The notes beneath the pieces were generated by a model that was not told the DNA's origin, searched no databases, and worked only from the letters and a program-made list of their open reading frames with translations. Below are positions 1 through 9,412 of a stretch of DNA of 64,000 nt, piece by piece. The position numbers and the translations under genes are program-made. The DNA comes from an uncultured Candidatus Saccharibacteria bacterium (GTDB lineage: Bacteria; Patescibacteriota; Saccharimonadia; Saccharimonadales; UBA4665), in the NCBI GenBank assembly GCA_963743435.1, contig CAVUPG010000004.1, positions 176,238-240,237 on the forward strand, given 5' to 3'. Every line of letters begins with the position of its first letter. Positions within the stretch are counted from its first letter, which is position 1.

Positions 1-110
1 TCCTTTTGCTTAACAAATACTAGAATCTGAACGGCTAACAATACCGCCGAGGCGGGAGAAGAGAGCGAATCATGTATGTTGTCTGTGTCATTGCTGACAA
101 TTGTACACTA

Positions 111-935
111 CTACTTCAAGATGTACAGCACCGAGAATGCCACGGCATTTTTGATAGGCGTGGATACCTACACTGGTCCATATGCTGCCCGTTTTCTCAC
201 GCGCATAGGGAGTCAGCACGAGTGAGAGCACAAACGTATCGATACCCGCAATCCAGAGCAACGGTTGATTGTCGCCGAATTCGAGATGCCCCACTGCGAA
301 CAGCGCACTCGTGATGATGGCTGCGGCTACGAATGGGAGTTTTCTCTCAGCCCCTTGAACATAAAACCCCGGAATAGCGTCTCCTCTGCCAGAGGTGGCA
401 GCACGACAAGGCTAATAAACGTCAGCACGAGCTCCCAGCTGCCGAGTGGATCCTTGAACCCAATGTCCTGTTGCTGGTCTAGATTCAGGCTTGGTACCAG
501 TACCGACGCCAGAGTTATGACGACAATGTACGCGACAAAATAGACAGCATACCCTCCGAGCGCATACCCAACGTAATGCAAGCGTAACTTTGTAATGCCG
601 AGTTCAGCGAGTGTACCGCCACGATATCTGACATACCCAACAATGGCTGCGATAGTCAGCGCCTCGGCCAGGAGAATCAATGTAAACTGACCAGCAATGG
701 TGTCGATGAAAGCGGTTGGGGTATAGCCAAACAGCCCAACTGCAGTATAGAGTGCCACATAGGCAAACATCTGGGCACCGATAAACGCTAGCAGTGAATA
801 TACGAGCGCTGCCAACGGACCCCAATGCGCCTTCTTCTTTGCTGCAAGTGACGTGTCCATGTCCGAAGCCATCGGCTCACCATGCGCTACTTTGGGCTCA
901 GTATTGCCACTAGAAGAATCGTTTGACATCGACAA
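111..935 (-). CDS. CPBP-family intramembrane glutamic endopeptidase (CAAX-protease-like); reading frame broken twice
   Basis: ORF 327..935 is polytopic and ends in CPBP motif 1 (EETLFRGF). Motif 2 (LPFVAAAIITSALFAVGHLEF) and motif 3 (HAYQNAVAFSVLYILK*) follow in two other frames. Adding 1 nt at the T4 run 340-343 and removing 1 nt from the T5 run 148-152 gives one ORF ending at 111. The start is 935 (overlaps rseP by 26 nt) or ATG 872. Confidence 0.75.
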
Positions 936-2076
936 AGGTAATTAACGCTATCAGCCCGAGCAGTACGACGAAGCCGGTTCCGTAGACCGCTTCTTCCACC
1001 TGTCTCGTCAAGGGCTTTTTAAGCAATCGAGCGATGCCCATGACAAACACTCGACCACCATCAAGGGCCGGGATAGGTAGTATATTCATTATAGCGAGGG
1101 TGAGTGAAATGATAGCAATGATGAAAAGCATGAATGTCACGCCGAGCGCACTCCCGCCCTTCAGCACAAAATAAATTCCAAGTGGTCCGGATACTTGGCT
1201 GCTTGCTTCCGTCTGAGCGTGTTGCCGTGCCGTAGTGTTACCGGTGATTGCGCCGGCGATGATACCGCCCAACCCTTGCAGCGCGTGCCACAACCCTTGT
1301 AGGGTCAATTTCGTGAGCTGTACGCTCAAACCCACTGCAACAACCGGCGCAGACCAGGTAGAGCGCTGGACCGTGAGTGTAACAGGTTCAACGCCGAGAT
1401 AGCCGACATTTTTGCCTTCATCACGGGCTTGCTCAACGTCCTGCTCAGAATTCAAGACCGCCTGGGTTTCACGCTGGTCACCGTTCCTTGTGTAAGTGAC
1501 CGTCACCTCCTGGCCAGCCAGGTCTTTCGTAAGGGTTGCGAGTGGTTTGCTGCCTACATCGACGACCGCCCCATCCTGCTCGGTAAAGCTGATGATTTCG
1601 TCCTGCTCTTGTAGCCCGGCTTTAGCTGCCGGAGAACCATCCTCAACATAGCCGATCATCACTGTCGTGTGCGTGACCTTGGTATCGCTCGCGACTGTAA
1701 ACTGGTTATCAATAATCTTCGGCATGCCAGTCAGTGCCAAAATAGTAAACAGCACGAGCGCTGTGACGAAGTTTACTGCCACCCCAGCCAGCATAATCTT
1801 GACCTTCGCACGGTCGCTGGCGGCCCCGAAGCTGCCAGGTGTTTTGTCAGCATCGTATTCGCCCTTGAGCTTCACAAACCCCCCGAGCGGGAGCAAGTTT
1901 ATCGTAAAGTCCCAACCTTTTGCCATTCGCTTTTTCCAGAGGCGAGGAGGGAAAAATATACCAAACTCTTCGACATCAACGCCATTACGACGAGCAGCCC
2001 AAAAATGCCCCATCTCGTGAACGATGACGAGACCGACAAATAGCACTAGCCCAACAATAAATATCAATGTCCCCAT
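910..2076 (-). CDS. rseP: RIP/site-2 zinc metalloprotease, M50 family, with PDZ domain
   Basis: 388-aa ORF with HEMGH (HExxH) in the first TM helix, a central PDZ-like segment, NILPIPALDGG near the C-terminus and several TM helices. Confidence 0.9.
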   Translation of the reverse strand: MGTLIFIVGLVLFVGLVIVHEMGHFWAARRNGVDVEEFGIFFPPRLWKKRMAKGWDFTINLLPLGGFVKLKGEYDADKTPGSFGAASDRAKVKIMLAGVAVNFVTALVLFTILALTGMPKIIDNQFTVASDTKVTHTTVMIGYVEDGSPAAKAGLQEQDEIISFTEQDGAVVDVGSKPLATLTKDLAGQEVTVTYTRNGDQRETQAVLNSEQDVEQARDEGKNVGYLGVEPVTLTVQRSTWSAPVVAVGLSVQLTKLTLQGLWHALQGLGGIIAGAITGNTTARQHAQTEASSQVSGPLGIYFVLKGGSALGVTFMLFIIAIISLTLAIMNILPIPALDGGRVFVMGIARLLKKPLTRQVEEAVYGTGFVVLLGLIALITFVDVKRFF

Positions 2077-2103
2077 AGGTGTTTGTAGTATACCTGATTA
2101 TGC

Positions 2104-2667
2104 TTAGACGGTCATGATTTCGGCTTCTTTTGCCTTTGTTGCAGCCTCAATGTCACTGCGCGTTGCCTGTACGGCATCTTCTACCTGGCTCGTCAGCCGC
2201 TTCGCATCGTCTTCGCCAATTTCTTTGTCCTTCTTGGCTTTGTCTACTGCGTCTATCGCCTCATGGCGCACATTGCGCACCGCAATCATGGCGTCCTCTT
2301 GTTTGCCGCCAAGCTGCTTCGCAATTTCGCGGCGACGCTCCTCGGTGAGCGGTGGGATAGGCACTCGCACAACTCGACCATCATCACTTGGGTTGAGTCC
2401 CAGGCTTGGATTATCACGGATGGCGCTGGCAATTGCCTGAAGATTATTCGGATCAAATGGAGTAATTTGCAGGAGCTGTGCCTCTGGTGCAATAACATTC
2501 GAAACTTGATTCAGCGGCATCGGCTGACCATAAGCCTCCACCATAACGCCATCGAGCATCGATGCACTTGCACGTCCCGTACGAATCGTCTTGAGCTGCT
2601 CCTGATAGTGCTCAACTGCTCCGGCAAGTTTCTTTTTGGCATCATCAACAATCTGATTTGGGTTCAT
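2104..2667 (-). CDS. frr: ribosome recycling factor
   Basis: 187-aa ORF with the full-length RRF pattern (e.g. RVPIPPLTEERRREIAKQ), in the usual tsf-frr neighbourhood. Confidence 0.95.
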   Translation of the reverse strand: MNPNQIVDDAKKKLAGAVEHYQEQLKTIRTGRASASMLDGVMVEAYGQPMPLNQVSNVIAPEAQLLQITPFDPNNLQAIASAIRDNPSLGLNPSDDGRVVRVPIPPLTEERRREIAKQLGGKQEDAMIAVRNVRHEAIDAVDKAKKDKEIGEDDAKRLTSQVEDAVQATRSDIEAATKAKEAEIMTV

Positions 2668-2704
2668 TTGGTCTCCTTAATCCCTTCGATAGCTCTAGTA
2701 TACA

Positions 2705-2734
2705 CAAAAACCGACGGGGTTTCCCGCCGGTTTT
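2705..2734 (-). terminator. putative intrinsic terminator/attenuator downstream of tsf
   Basis: GC-rich hairpin ccgacggg/cccgccgg (1 mismatch, 2711-2730), followed on the minus strand by TTTTTGTG. Confidence 0.45.
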
Positions 2735-2751
2735 GAGCTGAGAGTGTAGGG

Positions 2752-3347
2752 TTACGCGACTTCGCCGAGAGCGATGCGCGAGAAACGTCGCACGACGATG
2801 TTCTCGCCAAGACGAGCATTGTGCTCTTTGACGTACTCACCAACCGTCTGATCTGGGTTCTTGATGAACGGCTGATCGAGGAGGCAACGCTCTGCAAAAT
2901 ATTTGTTGAGCTGGCCTTCGACAATCTTCTCTGCCATGTCTGCCGGCTTGCCTTTTAGGGCATCACCTTCGAGCAGTTCCTGCTTCTTGGCATCGCGGTC
3001 AGCAGCCGGAATGTCCTCTGAGCTGACGTATTCTGGGCTGCTCGCTGCGATGTGCATGGCGAGGTCCTTTACGAGGTCAGTGAAAATCTCATTACGAGCG
3101 ACGAAGTCTGTCTCGCAATTTACTTCAACGATAACGCCAATGCGCCCGTCGTGGTTGTAGGTGCCAACGATACCTTGGCGTGCTCACGCTCACCGCGCTT
3201 CTCTGCCTTGGTCATGCCCTTTTTGCGCATTTCTTTCAGCGCTGCGTCGAAGTCGCCACCACTCGCGTCGAGCGCTTGTTTAGCGTCAGTCATACCAACA
3301 CCAGTGAGCTCACGTAAACGTTTAATGTCTTCTATAGATACTGCCAT
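2752..3347 (-). CDS. tsf: translation elongation factor Ts (short form); one frame break
   Basis: N-terminal piece (ORF 3120..3389, real start MAVSIEDIKRLRELTGVGMTDAKQAL at 3347) and C-terminal piece (ORF 2752..3057). The missing middle (QGIVGTYNHDGRIGVIVEVNCETDFVARNEIF...) reads through in the C-terminal frame. A 1-nt indel lies near 3176-3185. Confidence 0.9.
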
Positions 3348-3483
3348 AGTCGTTATGGGGTAATGAGACAAACCAGGCGGTTTTCTCATCGCGCCGGCAA
3401 AAAGACGATACTTTTTGTCGGACTGCTGTTTCCCTACCCCTACTCCTTTCTTATTGTTCTAGTAATATGCTGGCTATGCCGAA

Positions 3484-4200
3484 TTATTTTGCGTCCTTGT
3501 CGGGTGGCTTGCTTTTAGCCTTGCCTGCCTGGACGGCAGCGCCGAAGTAGTCAGCGAGTAGCTGCAATGTCTTGATAGCGTCATCGTTACTCGGGATAAC
3601 ATAATCGATACCAGTCGGGTTGCTGTTGGTGTCACATACGCCTACGATTGGGAGCTTGAGCTTCTGTGCTTCTTTCACGGCATTCTGATCATGCACAATG
3701 TCAAAGATAACAACTGCACCTGGGCGAGCATTGAGCTCCTTGATACCGCCGTAAAGGACATTCATGCTGTCAATTTCTTCTTGGAATCGCTGCACCTCGA
3801 GCTTATTGAACTTGTTAGCAAGTTCGCCAGAAGCCATCTTATTCTCAAGGTCAATCAAGTGTTTGATCTGAGTACCGATAGTGTTCCAGTTCGTCAGCAT
3901 ACCGCCGAGCCATCGTTCGGTTACGTACGGCTGGTTGGTGTCTTCTGCAAGCTTCTTGACGATGTCTTGAGACTGGCGTTTGGTGCCGACAAACAAAATT
4001 TGCTTGTTCTTAGCAGCCGTGTCCTCGAGAAAAGCTAGTGCCTCGTCGAGTTTCGCGACCGTCTTAGTAAGGTCGATGATATGCGTGCCGCCACGCTTAC
4101 TGTGGATGTAGGGCGCCATCTTTGGGTGCCATCGCTCGGTCTTGTGTCCAAAGTGAGCACCTGCTTCTAGTAGTTGTTTGATGTCTACTTGCGTAGCCAT
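3484..4200 (-). CDS. rpsB: 30S ribosomal protein S2
   Basis: 238-aa ORF with a typical S2 N-terminus (LLEAGAHFGHKTERWHPKM) and rpsB-tsf synteny. Confidence 0.95.
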   Translation of the reverse strand: MATQVDIKQLLEAGAHFGHKTERWHPKMAPYIHSKRGGTHIIDLTKTVAKLDEALAFLEDTAAKNKQILFVGTKRQSQDIVKKLAEDTNQPYVTERWLGGMLTNWNTIGTQIKHLIDLENKMASGELANKFNKLEVQRFQEEIDSMNVLYGGIKELNARPGAVVIFDIVHDQNAVKEAQKLKLPIVGVCDTNSNPTGIDYVIPSNDDAIKTLQLLADYFGAAVQAGKAKSKPPDKDAK

Positions 4201-4369
4201 ATATAGGTAGTCCTTCCTGAACTCTTGTTCTTCAGTGTGATACCGGCAGCCGCCCGAAGAAGGAATGCTGCAAGAGAGCTCTACTCACACCTGCTTAATG
4301 TATTACTCTATTATTGTAACAGATATAACCTCGACAATCAATCCATGTGGTTTGTTTCATTAACAGGGG

Positions 4370-4378
4370 TGGTATACT
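4370..4378 (+). promoter_or_regulatory. possible extended -10 promoter element (TGgTATACT) for rpmE
   Basis: TGGTATACT lies about 100 nt upstream of the rpmE start in the divergent rpsB/rpmE spacer. No convincing -35 element. Confidence 0.3.
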
Positions 4379-4477
4379 CATATGCAACTGCTTGGGATAT
4401 ATCGACTGCAGGGTCGCTCGCCTGCTAACCGGTTGCCATGCATATAACTACACATTAAGAGCATGAGGATTATTCCT

Positions 4478-4819
4478 ATGAAAAAAGATATCCACCCACA
4501 GGATTATCGCCTGGTGGTCTTCCAAGACCTCAATAACAACACAACGTACCTGACTAAGTCGACAGTCGCAACTGACGAGACAATCAAACTCGAGGGTGTT
4601 GAGTATCCGCTCGTGAAAGTACACATTACCGGTAGTTCACACCCGTTCTACACCGGTGAAGAGCGCGTGCTTGACATCGAAGGCCGCGTTGACAAGTTTA
4701 AGGCTCGTGCAGAAGCCGCCAAGAAAGCTAAAGAAGCTCGCATGGCTGCCGCTAAAAAGACGAGTGAACGTGCCGTCAAGAAAGCTGCCAAGAAGGACGA
4801 AACCGAAGAGTCTAAGTAG
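4478..4819 (+). CDS. rpmE: 50S ribosomal protein L31 (Cys-less type B) with Lys/Ala-rich C-terminal tail
   Basis: MKKDIHPQDY... start with AGGA upstream and no CxxC motifs. An extra tail of about 40 aa reads KARAEAAKKAKEARMAAAKKTSERAVKKAAKKDETEESK. Confidence 0.9.
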   Translation: MKKDIHPQDYRLVVFQDLNNNTTYLTKSTVATDETIKLEGVEYPLVKVHITGSSHPFYTGEERVLDIEGRVDKFKARAEAAKKAKEARMAAAKKTSERAVKKAAKKDETEESK

Positions 4820-4831
4820 CTGGTCTATGGT

Positions 4832-4869
4832 AAAACCGCCGACGATATCTATCTGAGGCGGTTTTGTTT
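4832..4869 (+). terminator. intrinsic terminator after rpmE
   Basis: Stem aaaaccgcc (4832-4840) / ggcggtttt (4857-4865) with a 16-nt loop, followed by TTTTGTTT. Confidence 0.5.
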
Positions 4870-4892
4870 ATACTAGAGGCATAAAGGACACT

Positions 4893-5948
4893 ATGGACAG
4901 CAAGGAGCAATCACTACGAACCGAGTACGATGCACTGCAGCAAAAGCTACAGGACCCTTCTGTGTACTCTGATACTGGGTACCCTAAACTTGCCAAGCGA
5001 CAAGCATATCTAGAGCACGTCGTGGAGCTATTTGATGAAAGCCATGATCTGGAAAACAAGCTTGCCCAGGCGAAAACTGTTGCCGCCGAAGGTGGTGAAC
5101 TCGGTGAGTTGGCGAACGCCGAGCTGGAAGAGCTTGAGGAGCAGCGAATCAGCAACCAAGAAGCTCTAGAGCTTGCTCTGACACCCAAGGACCCAAACGA
5201 TGAAAAGGATGTGATCATCGAAATACGCGCCGGAGCCGGAGGCGACGAGGCATCATTATTTGCCGCAGAGCTGTACCGGATGTATATCCGCTGGGGCGAA
5301 ACGCATGGCTACAAAACGGAGCTTGTCAGTGAAAGCCCGAGTGAAGTTGGAGGGTTCAAAGAAATCATCTTTACCATGCACGGTGATGACATGTACAAGC
5401 AGCTCAAATTTGAGGCTGGTGTACACCGGGTACAGCGCGTACCCTCAACTGAAAGTCAGGGTCGTATCCACACTTCTACGGTCACCGTCGCAATTTTGCC
5501 TGAAGCCGAAGAAACTGATGTCGAAATCAACCCGAACGACCTTCGCATCGATGTTTTCCGTGCCGGCGGCCATGGTGGCCAGAGCGTCAACACTACTGAC
5601 TCTGCTGTTCGTATCACGCACATACCGACTGGGATAGTCGTAGCCAACCAGGATGAAAAGTCTCAGATCAAAAATAAAGCAAAGGCTCTGAGCGTGCTAC
5701 GCTCTCGCCTACTCCAAATGAAGATCGAGGATGAGCAAAAAGAGCTCAGCGACGCCCGCAAGAAACTCATTGGCTCAGGCGACCGGAGCGAAAAGATTCG
5801 TACGTATAACTTCCCACAGGATCGCATCACCGATCACCGTATCAGCTATAGTCGCAGCAACATCCCAGCTGCACTCAGTGGCGACATAGATGACCTTATC
5901 GAAAAACTTGCAGAGTACGACCGTAATCTTATCAACGCGGGAGACTAA
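4893..5948 (+). CDS. prfA: peptide chain release factor 1
   Basis: 351-aa ORF with the GGQ motif ([10 protein letters not shown]) and an RF1-type PST tripeptide ([14 protein letters not shown]). Confidence 0.95.
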   Translation: MDSKEQSLRTEYDALQQKLQDPSVYSDTGYPKLAKRQAYLEHVVELFDESHDLENKLAQAKTVAAEGGELGELANAELEELEEQRISNQEALELALTPKDPNDEKDVIIEIRAGAGGDEASLFAAELYRMYIRWGETHGYKTELVSESPSEVGGFKEIIFTMHGDDMYKQLKFEAGVHRVQRVPSTESQGRIHTSTVTVAILPEAEETDVEINPNDLRIDVFRAGGHGGQSVNTTDSAVRITHIPTGIVVANQDEKSQIKNKAKALSVLRSRLLQMKIEDEQKELSDARKKLIGSGDRSEKIRTYNFPQDRITDHRISYSRSNIPAALSGDIDDLIEKLAEYDRNLINAGD

Positions 5949-5949
5949 C

Positions 5950-6459
5950 ATGCCCCGATATCTTGTCACTGGCCGAGCCGGTTCTGGTAAATCAACTGTC
6001 GCTTCCGAATTACGTAAACGTGGGTATGCCGCTTTCGATGCCGACAGCATCGACGGACTATCAAGTTGGATCAAACGCACTACCGGTCAGAAAGTTGTCA
6101 TTGAGGACAACACGAATGTTGACCTTACCCAGTACGACTGGCTGTGGGATGGTGATATTTTACGACATTTCATTTCTGACAAAGAGACACTATTTATATG
6201 CGGGGGTGCAGAGAATGATTTTTCGTTCGAAACACTATTCGATCAACACTTTGTGCTAGATATTGATGCAGACGCACAAATTCAGCGACTACTCTCACGC
6301 ATCGAGAACGACTACGGCAAAAATCCAGCGATGCATTCTTCTATCGTAGCAAAACAGGCGGCACATATAGCTGATGCCCGTACACATGGAGCTATCATCA
6401 TTGACGCTACAGAGCCCATAGATGAAGTGATTGATAAAATCATAGCGACTATACGATGA
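5950..6459 (+). CDS. P-loop NTPase, nucleoside/nucleotide-kinase-like
   Basis: ATG at 5950, 1 nt after the prfA stop. Walker A GRAGSGKST near the N-terminus. About 170 aa. The 4-nt ATGA overlap with prmC suggests one operon. Confidence 0.6.
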   Translation: MPRYLVTGRAGSGKSTVASELRKRGYAAFDADSIDGLSSWIKRTTGQKVVIEDNTNVDLTQYDWLWDGDILRHFISDKETLFICGGAENDFSFETLFDQHFVLDIDADAQIQRLLSRIENDYGKNPAMHSSIVAKQAAHIADARTHGAIIIDATEPIDEVIDKIIATIR

Positions 6460-7280
6460 CGATAGGAGACTGGCTTAAAGACTCCGAATATGCTCTTGCC
6501 GATGCCGGTATTGAGACCCCGAGGCTTGATGCACAAGTATTGCTGAGTGACCAGCTAAGTAAAGATAAGTCTTGGCTACTTGCGTACTCAGATACTATTT
6601 TACAGGGGTCAGATTTGAAATTATTGAATAAAAATATTATCCAAAGATGCAAACACATCCCGCTGGCGTACATTCGTGGCCATACAGAATATTATGGCCG
6701 CCCATTTAGCGTAAATGAACATGTACTCATCCCCCGCCCTGAGACTGAGTGTATGGTAGATGTACTCAAACAAATTGTTGCACCCGAAAAGTTTGCAACC
6801 GTCATTGATATCGGGACTGGTTCAGGCATGCTTGCTATTACCGCTAAGTTAGAGCTCCCGAACACAGAAGTCATTGCGCTCGACATAGATGAACACTGTG
6901 TTGCGACCGCCGAACAAAACGCTACCATGCTAGGCGCGGATGTCCGTTTCATGCAAGGCGACCTCCTCCAGCCTCTAGATAGTGTTGAGCTCAGATCTCC
7001 TTGTATCCTATTGTGTAACCTTCCTTATGTCCCAGATGACTATCCTATAAACAAAGCTGCTCAATACGAACCGAAGCTTGCACTATACAGCGGTGCAGAT
7101 GGTCTTGACCACTATAGACGTCTCTTCGGGCAATTTGCTAGCACCCCAACGTCGCCAGAATTCGTGATAACCGAATCCTTGCCTATGCAACACGAACCAC
7201 TCGCAACTCTCGCCAACCAACATGGATACAAAGAAATAGATACCGAAGGGCTAGTGCAATTATTCGCTGTGGTGAAATAG
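6456..7280 (+). CDS. prmC: release-factor N5-glutamine methyltransferase
   Basis: SAM-binding DIGTGSGMLAI and an NLPY(V) variant of the NPPY motif, located downstream of prfA. Confidence 0.9.
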   Translation: MTIGDWLKDSEYALADAGIETPRLDAQVLLSDQLSKDKSWLLAYSDTILQGSDLKLLNKNIIQRCKHIPLAYIRGHTEYYGRPFSVNEHVLIPRPETECMVDVLKQIVAPEKFATVIDIGTGSGMLAITAKLELPNTEVIALDIDEHCVATAEQNATMLGADVRFMQGDLLQPLDSVELRSPCILLCNLPYVPDDYPINKAAQYEPKLALYSGADGLDHYRRLFGQFASTPTSPEFVITESLPMQHEPLATLANQHGYKEIDTEGLVQLFAVVK

Positions 7281-7329
7281 TCGTTTAGTTGCCAAGTGCC
7301 CAATCAGAATACAATGTCGTAAAATATCA

Positions 7330-8613
7330 CTAGCTCGTTGGAGCTGCTTCGAGCTTCACTGACACTTGGAGTGTCTTGTCTCCGCGCACAACCGTCAGAT
7401 GTACTGTGTCGCCTACTTTGTGAGAGCCCAGGATTGAAATAAGGCTTGTTTTTTCGTCTATAGATTGTCCGTCAACCTTGGTGATGACATCCCCTTCTTG
7501 TAAGCCCGCTTTATCAGCAGGACCACCAGCTATGATAGACGGCGTGCCAAGCGCACGAGCGTATGGGATGTATGCACCTCGTGACACTCTCAGGTTGTAC
7601 TCTTTCGCGATATCATCTGTTAACATCACATAGCGGACCCCTAGGTAGGGCCGCTCAAGTTTGCCGGTCGATTTTACTCCGTCTATGAGACCCTTAATGT
7701 TATTTATCGGGATCGCGAAGCCAATATTCTGTGAACCGCTCGCAATTGCGGTGTTGATACCTATGACTTCTCCGTTGACATTGACCAGTGGACCACCAGA
7801 GTTACCCTCATTGATTGCGGCATCAGTTTGGAACATATCGTCGAGGTTCTCTGAGGAACTGCCACTACTGTCACTCGCCGTTACACTCCGCCCATACCCA
7901 GAAATGATGCCGCTCGTTACGGTGTTTTGGAACTGACCGAGAGCATTGCCGATTGCCACGACCGGGTCTCCGACCTTCATAGCACTCGAATTACCGAGAG
8001 TTGCAGGAGCCAGAGTCATGCCTTTCAGATCTTGCACCTGCAGGAACGCAACATCGAGGCTATCACTTTCACTGGTGCGTCCAACCACCTTCACATTATC
8101 AAGCACAGTACCGTCACTGAGCGTCACGCTTACTTTCGTCGTACCACTGGGCACGACGTGACGATTTGTCATGATCAGACCTTCCTTCGTGAGGATGATT
8201 CCGGTCCCCGCACTCTGCTGCGTCTGGCTACCGCCACCGCCCAAGAAACCAAAGAAGCTGTTGTAGGGAGAGGCGGTCGCTTGTGATAGGACATTTACAG
8301 ACACGACGCTCTGCCCCACCTGCTCAGCAATACTACTGACAAGATTGGCTTTATCGGATAGTATGGTGCGCTGCTGGACGATACTACTCTGATTGCTATT
8401 GTGACTTGCAGCGCCAAGCCACCCGCCACCAAATCCAAGGATAAATACTGCAGCACCGACGAAAACTACCTTAAACCGACCGCCGATTCGCTGCGTCTGT
8501 TGTTTGACGCGCGTCATGTCAGGCAACGGCACAATGAGAGCATTACGCTGTGTGGATGTTGATGTTGATTCTGGTGTCTGTTTCGTTTGCTTATCTGAAA
8601 AGTTTATACCCAT
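7330..8613 (-). CDS. htrA: HtrA/DegP-family trypsin-like serine protease with C-terminal PDZ domain and N-terminal membrane anchor
   Basis: Catalytic triad context TNRHVV / DVAFLQV / GNSGGPL, a PDZ-like C-terminus and a TM helix at about aa 48-68. Confidence 0.9.
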   Translation of the reverse strand: MGINFSDKQTKQTPESTSTSTQRNALIVPLPDMTRVKQQTQRIGGRFKVVFVGAAVFILGFGGGWLGAASHNSNQSSIVQQRTILSDKANLVSSIAEQVGQSVVSVNVLSQATASPYNSFFGFLGGGGSQTQQSAGTGIILTKEGLIMTNRHVVPSGTTKVSVTLSDGTVLDNVKVVGRTSESDSLDVAFLQVQDLKGMTLAPATLGNSSAMKVGDPVVAIGNALGQFQNTVTSGIISGYGRSVTASDSSGSSSENLDDMFQTDAAINEGNSGGPLVNVNGEVIGINTAIASGSQNIGFAIPINNIKGLIDGVKSTGKLERPYLGVRYVMLTDDIAKEYNLRVSRGAYIPYARALGTPSIIAGGPADKAGLQEGDVITKVDGQSIDEKTSLISILGSHKVGDTVHLTVVRGDKTLQVSVKLEAAPTS

Positions 8614-8662
8614 ACCCGTATTATTTCACCCCGTAACTTAGTATTCACTGAGAACCGTGCAA

Positions 8663-9412
8663 CTACACGATTTTGTCGCCCCAGTCTGAGAAGACCAAGA
8701 CAACTAATATTATCGTAATCAATACCACCACTATTTGACGGCGAACCATAGCGGAAAGCTTATCGAAATGATCGAGATAGTACAATGCTCCAAGCCCGAA
8801 CGCCAAGACCGACAAAATCAAGGTTGGCTGCGCGACAAACCTATAGTATATAAGCCAGTGGCCCAATACCCAGACGAGACTTGCGCTGAAAAACCCCCAT
8901 ACATAGCTCAAAAACTGCGAGTATTCCTCATCAAAACTATAGAAGAAGTGGTGTGCAGCGAAATAACATATACCGCCAGCAGCGATAACTAGCCACATCA
9001 GAGATGCATGTGGCCAGACCGAGAACAGCGCAATCAGTCCTACTACCTGGCCAAGCAGCGCCTGTACGGATACCCACAGGACACCTGACCGTGGCTTAAT
9101 AAAGACAAGCCAAAGCATCCATGCAGCTGCATAACCAAGCTGAGTCCAGCTCGTCGCAGTCGTTGCCATCACACCGACAGTCGAGACGCCGATAATCATA
9201 TCGATAGCGTTCGCCCGCAAGTTGGCTCCCCAGAAACGAGGTCGGACGGCAAACATTCTCCATTTACCGAGCAACACGACCGCCACCGCAAAAGGCACGA
9301 AATCTGCACGTACCAGACCAAGTACCAGCAATGGCAGTAGCACGTTCAAGATGATATAGACAACATGGGCGAAGCCCTTGCTGGGCGTAATTTTCTTTAT
9401 CAGAGGTCTCAT
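8663..9412 (-). CDS. polytopic membrane protein, unknown function
   Basis: 249-aa ORF with about 7 hydrophobic helices. Its start codon directly abuts the stop of the upstream LCP gene (9413-9415). Confidence 0.6.
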   Translation of the reverse strand: MRPLIKKITPSKGFAHVVYIILNVLLPLLVLGLVRADFVPFAVAVVLLGKWRMFAVRPRFWGANLRANAIDMIIGVSTVGVMATTATSWTQLGYAAAWMLWLVFIKPRSGVLWVSVQALLGQVVGLIALFSVWPHASLMWLVIAAGGICYFAAHHFFYSFDEEYSQFLSYVWGFFSASLVWVLGHWLIYYRFVAQPTLILSVLAFGLGALYYLDHFDKLSAMVRRQIVVVLITIILVVLVFSDWGDKIV

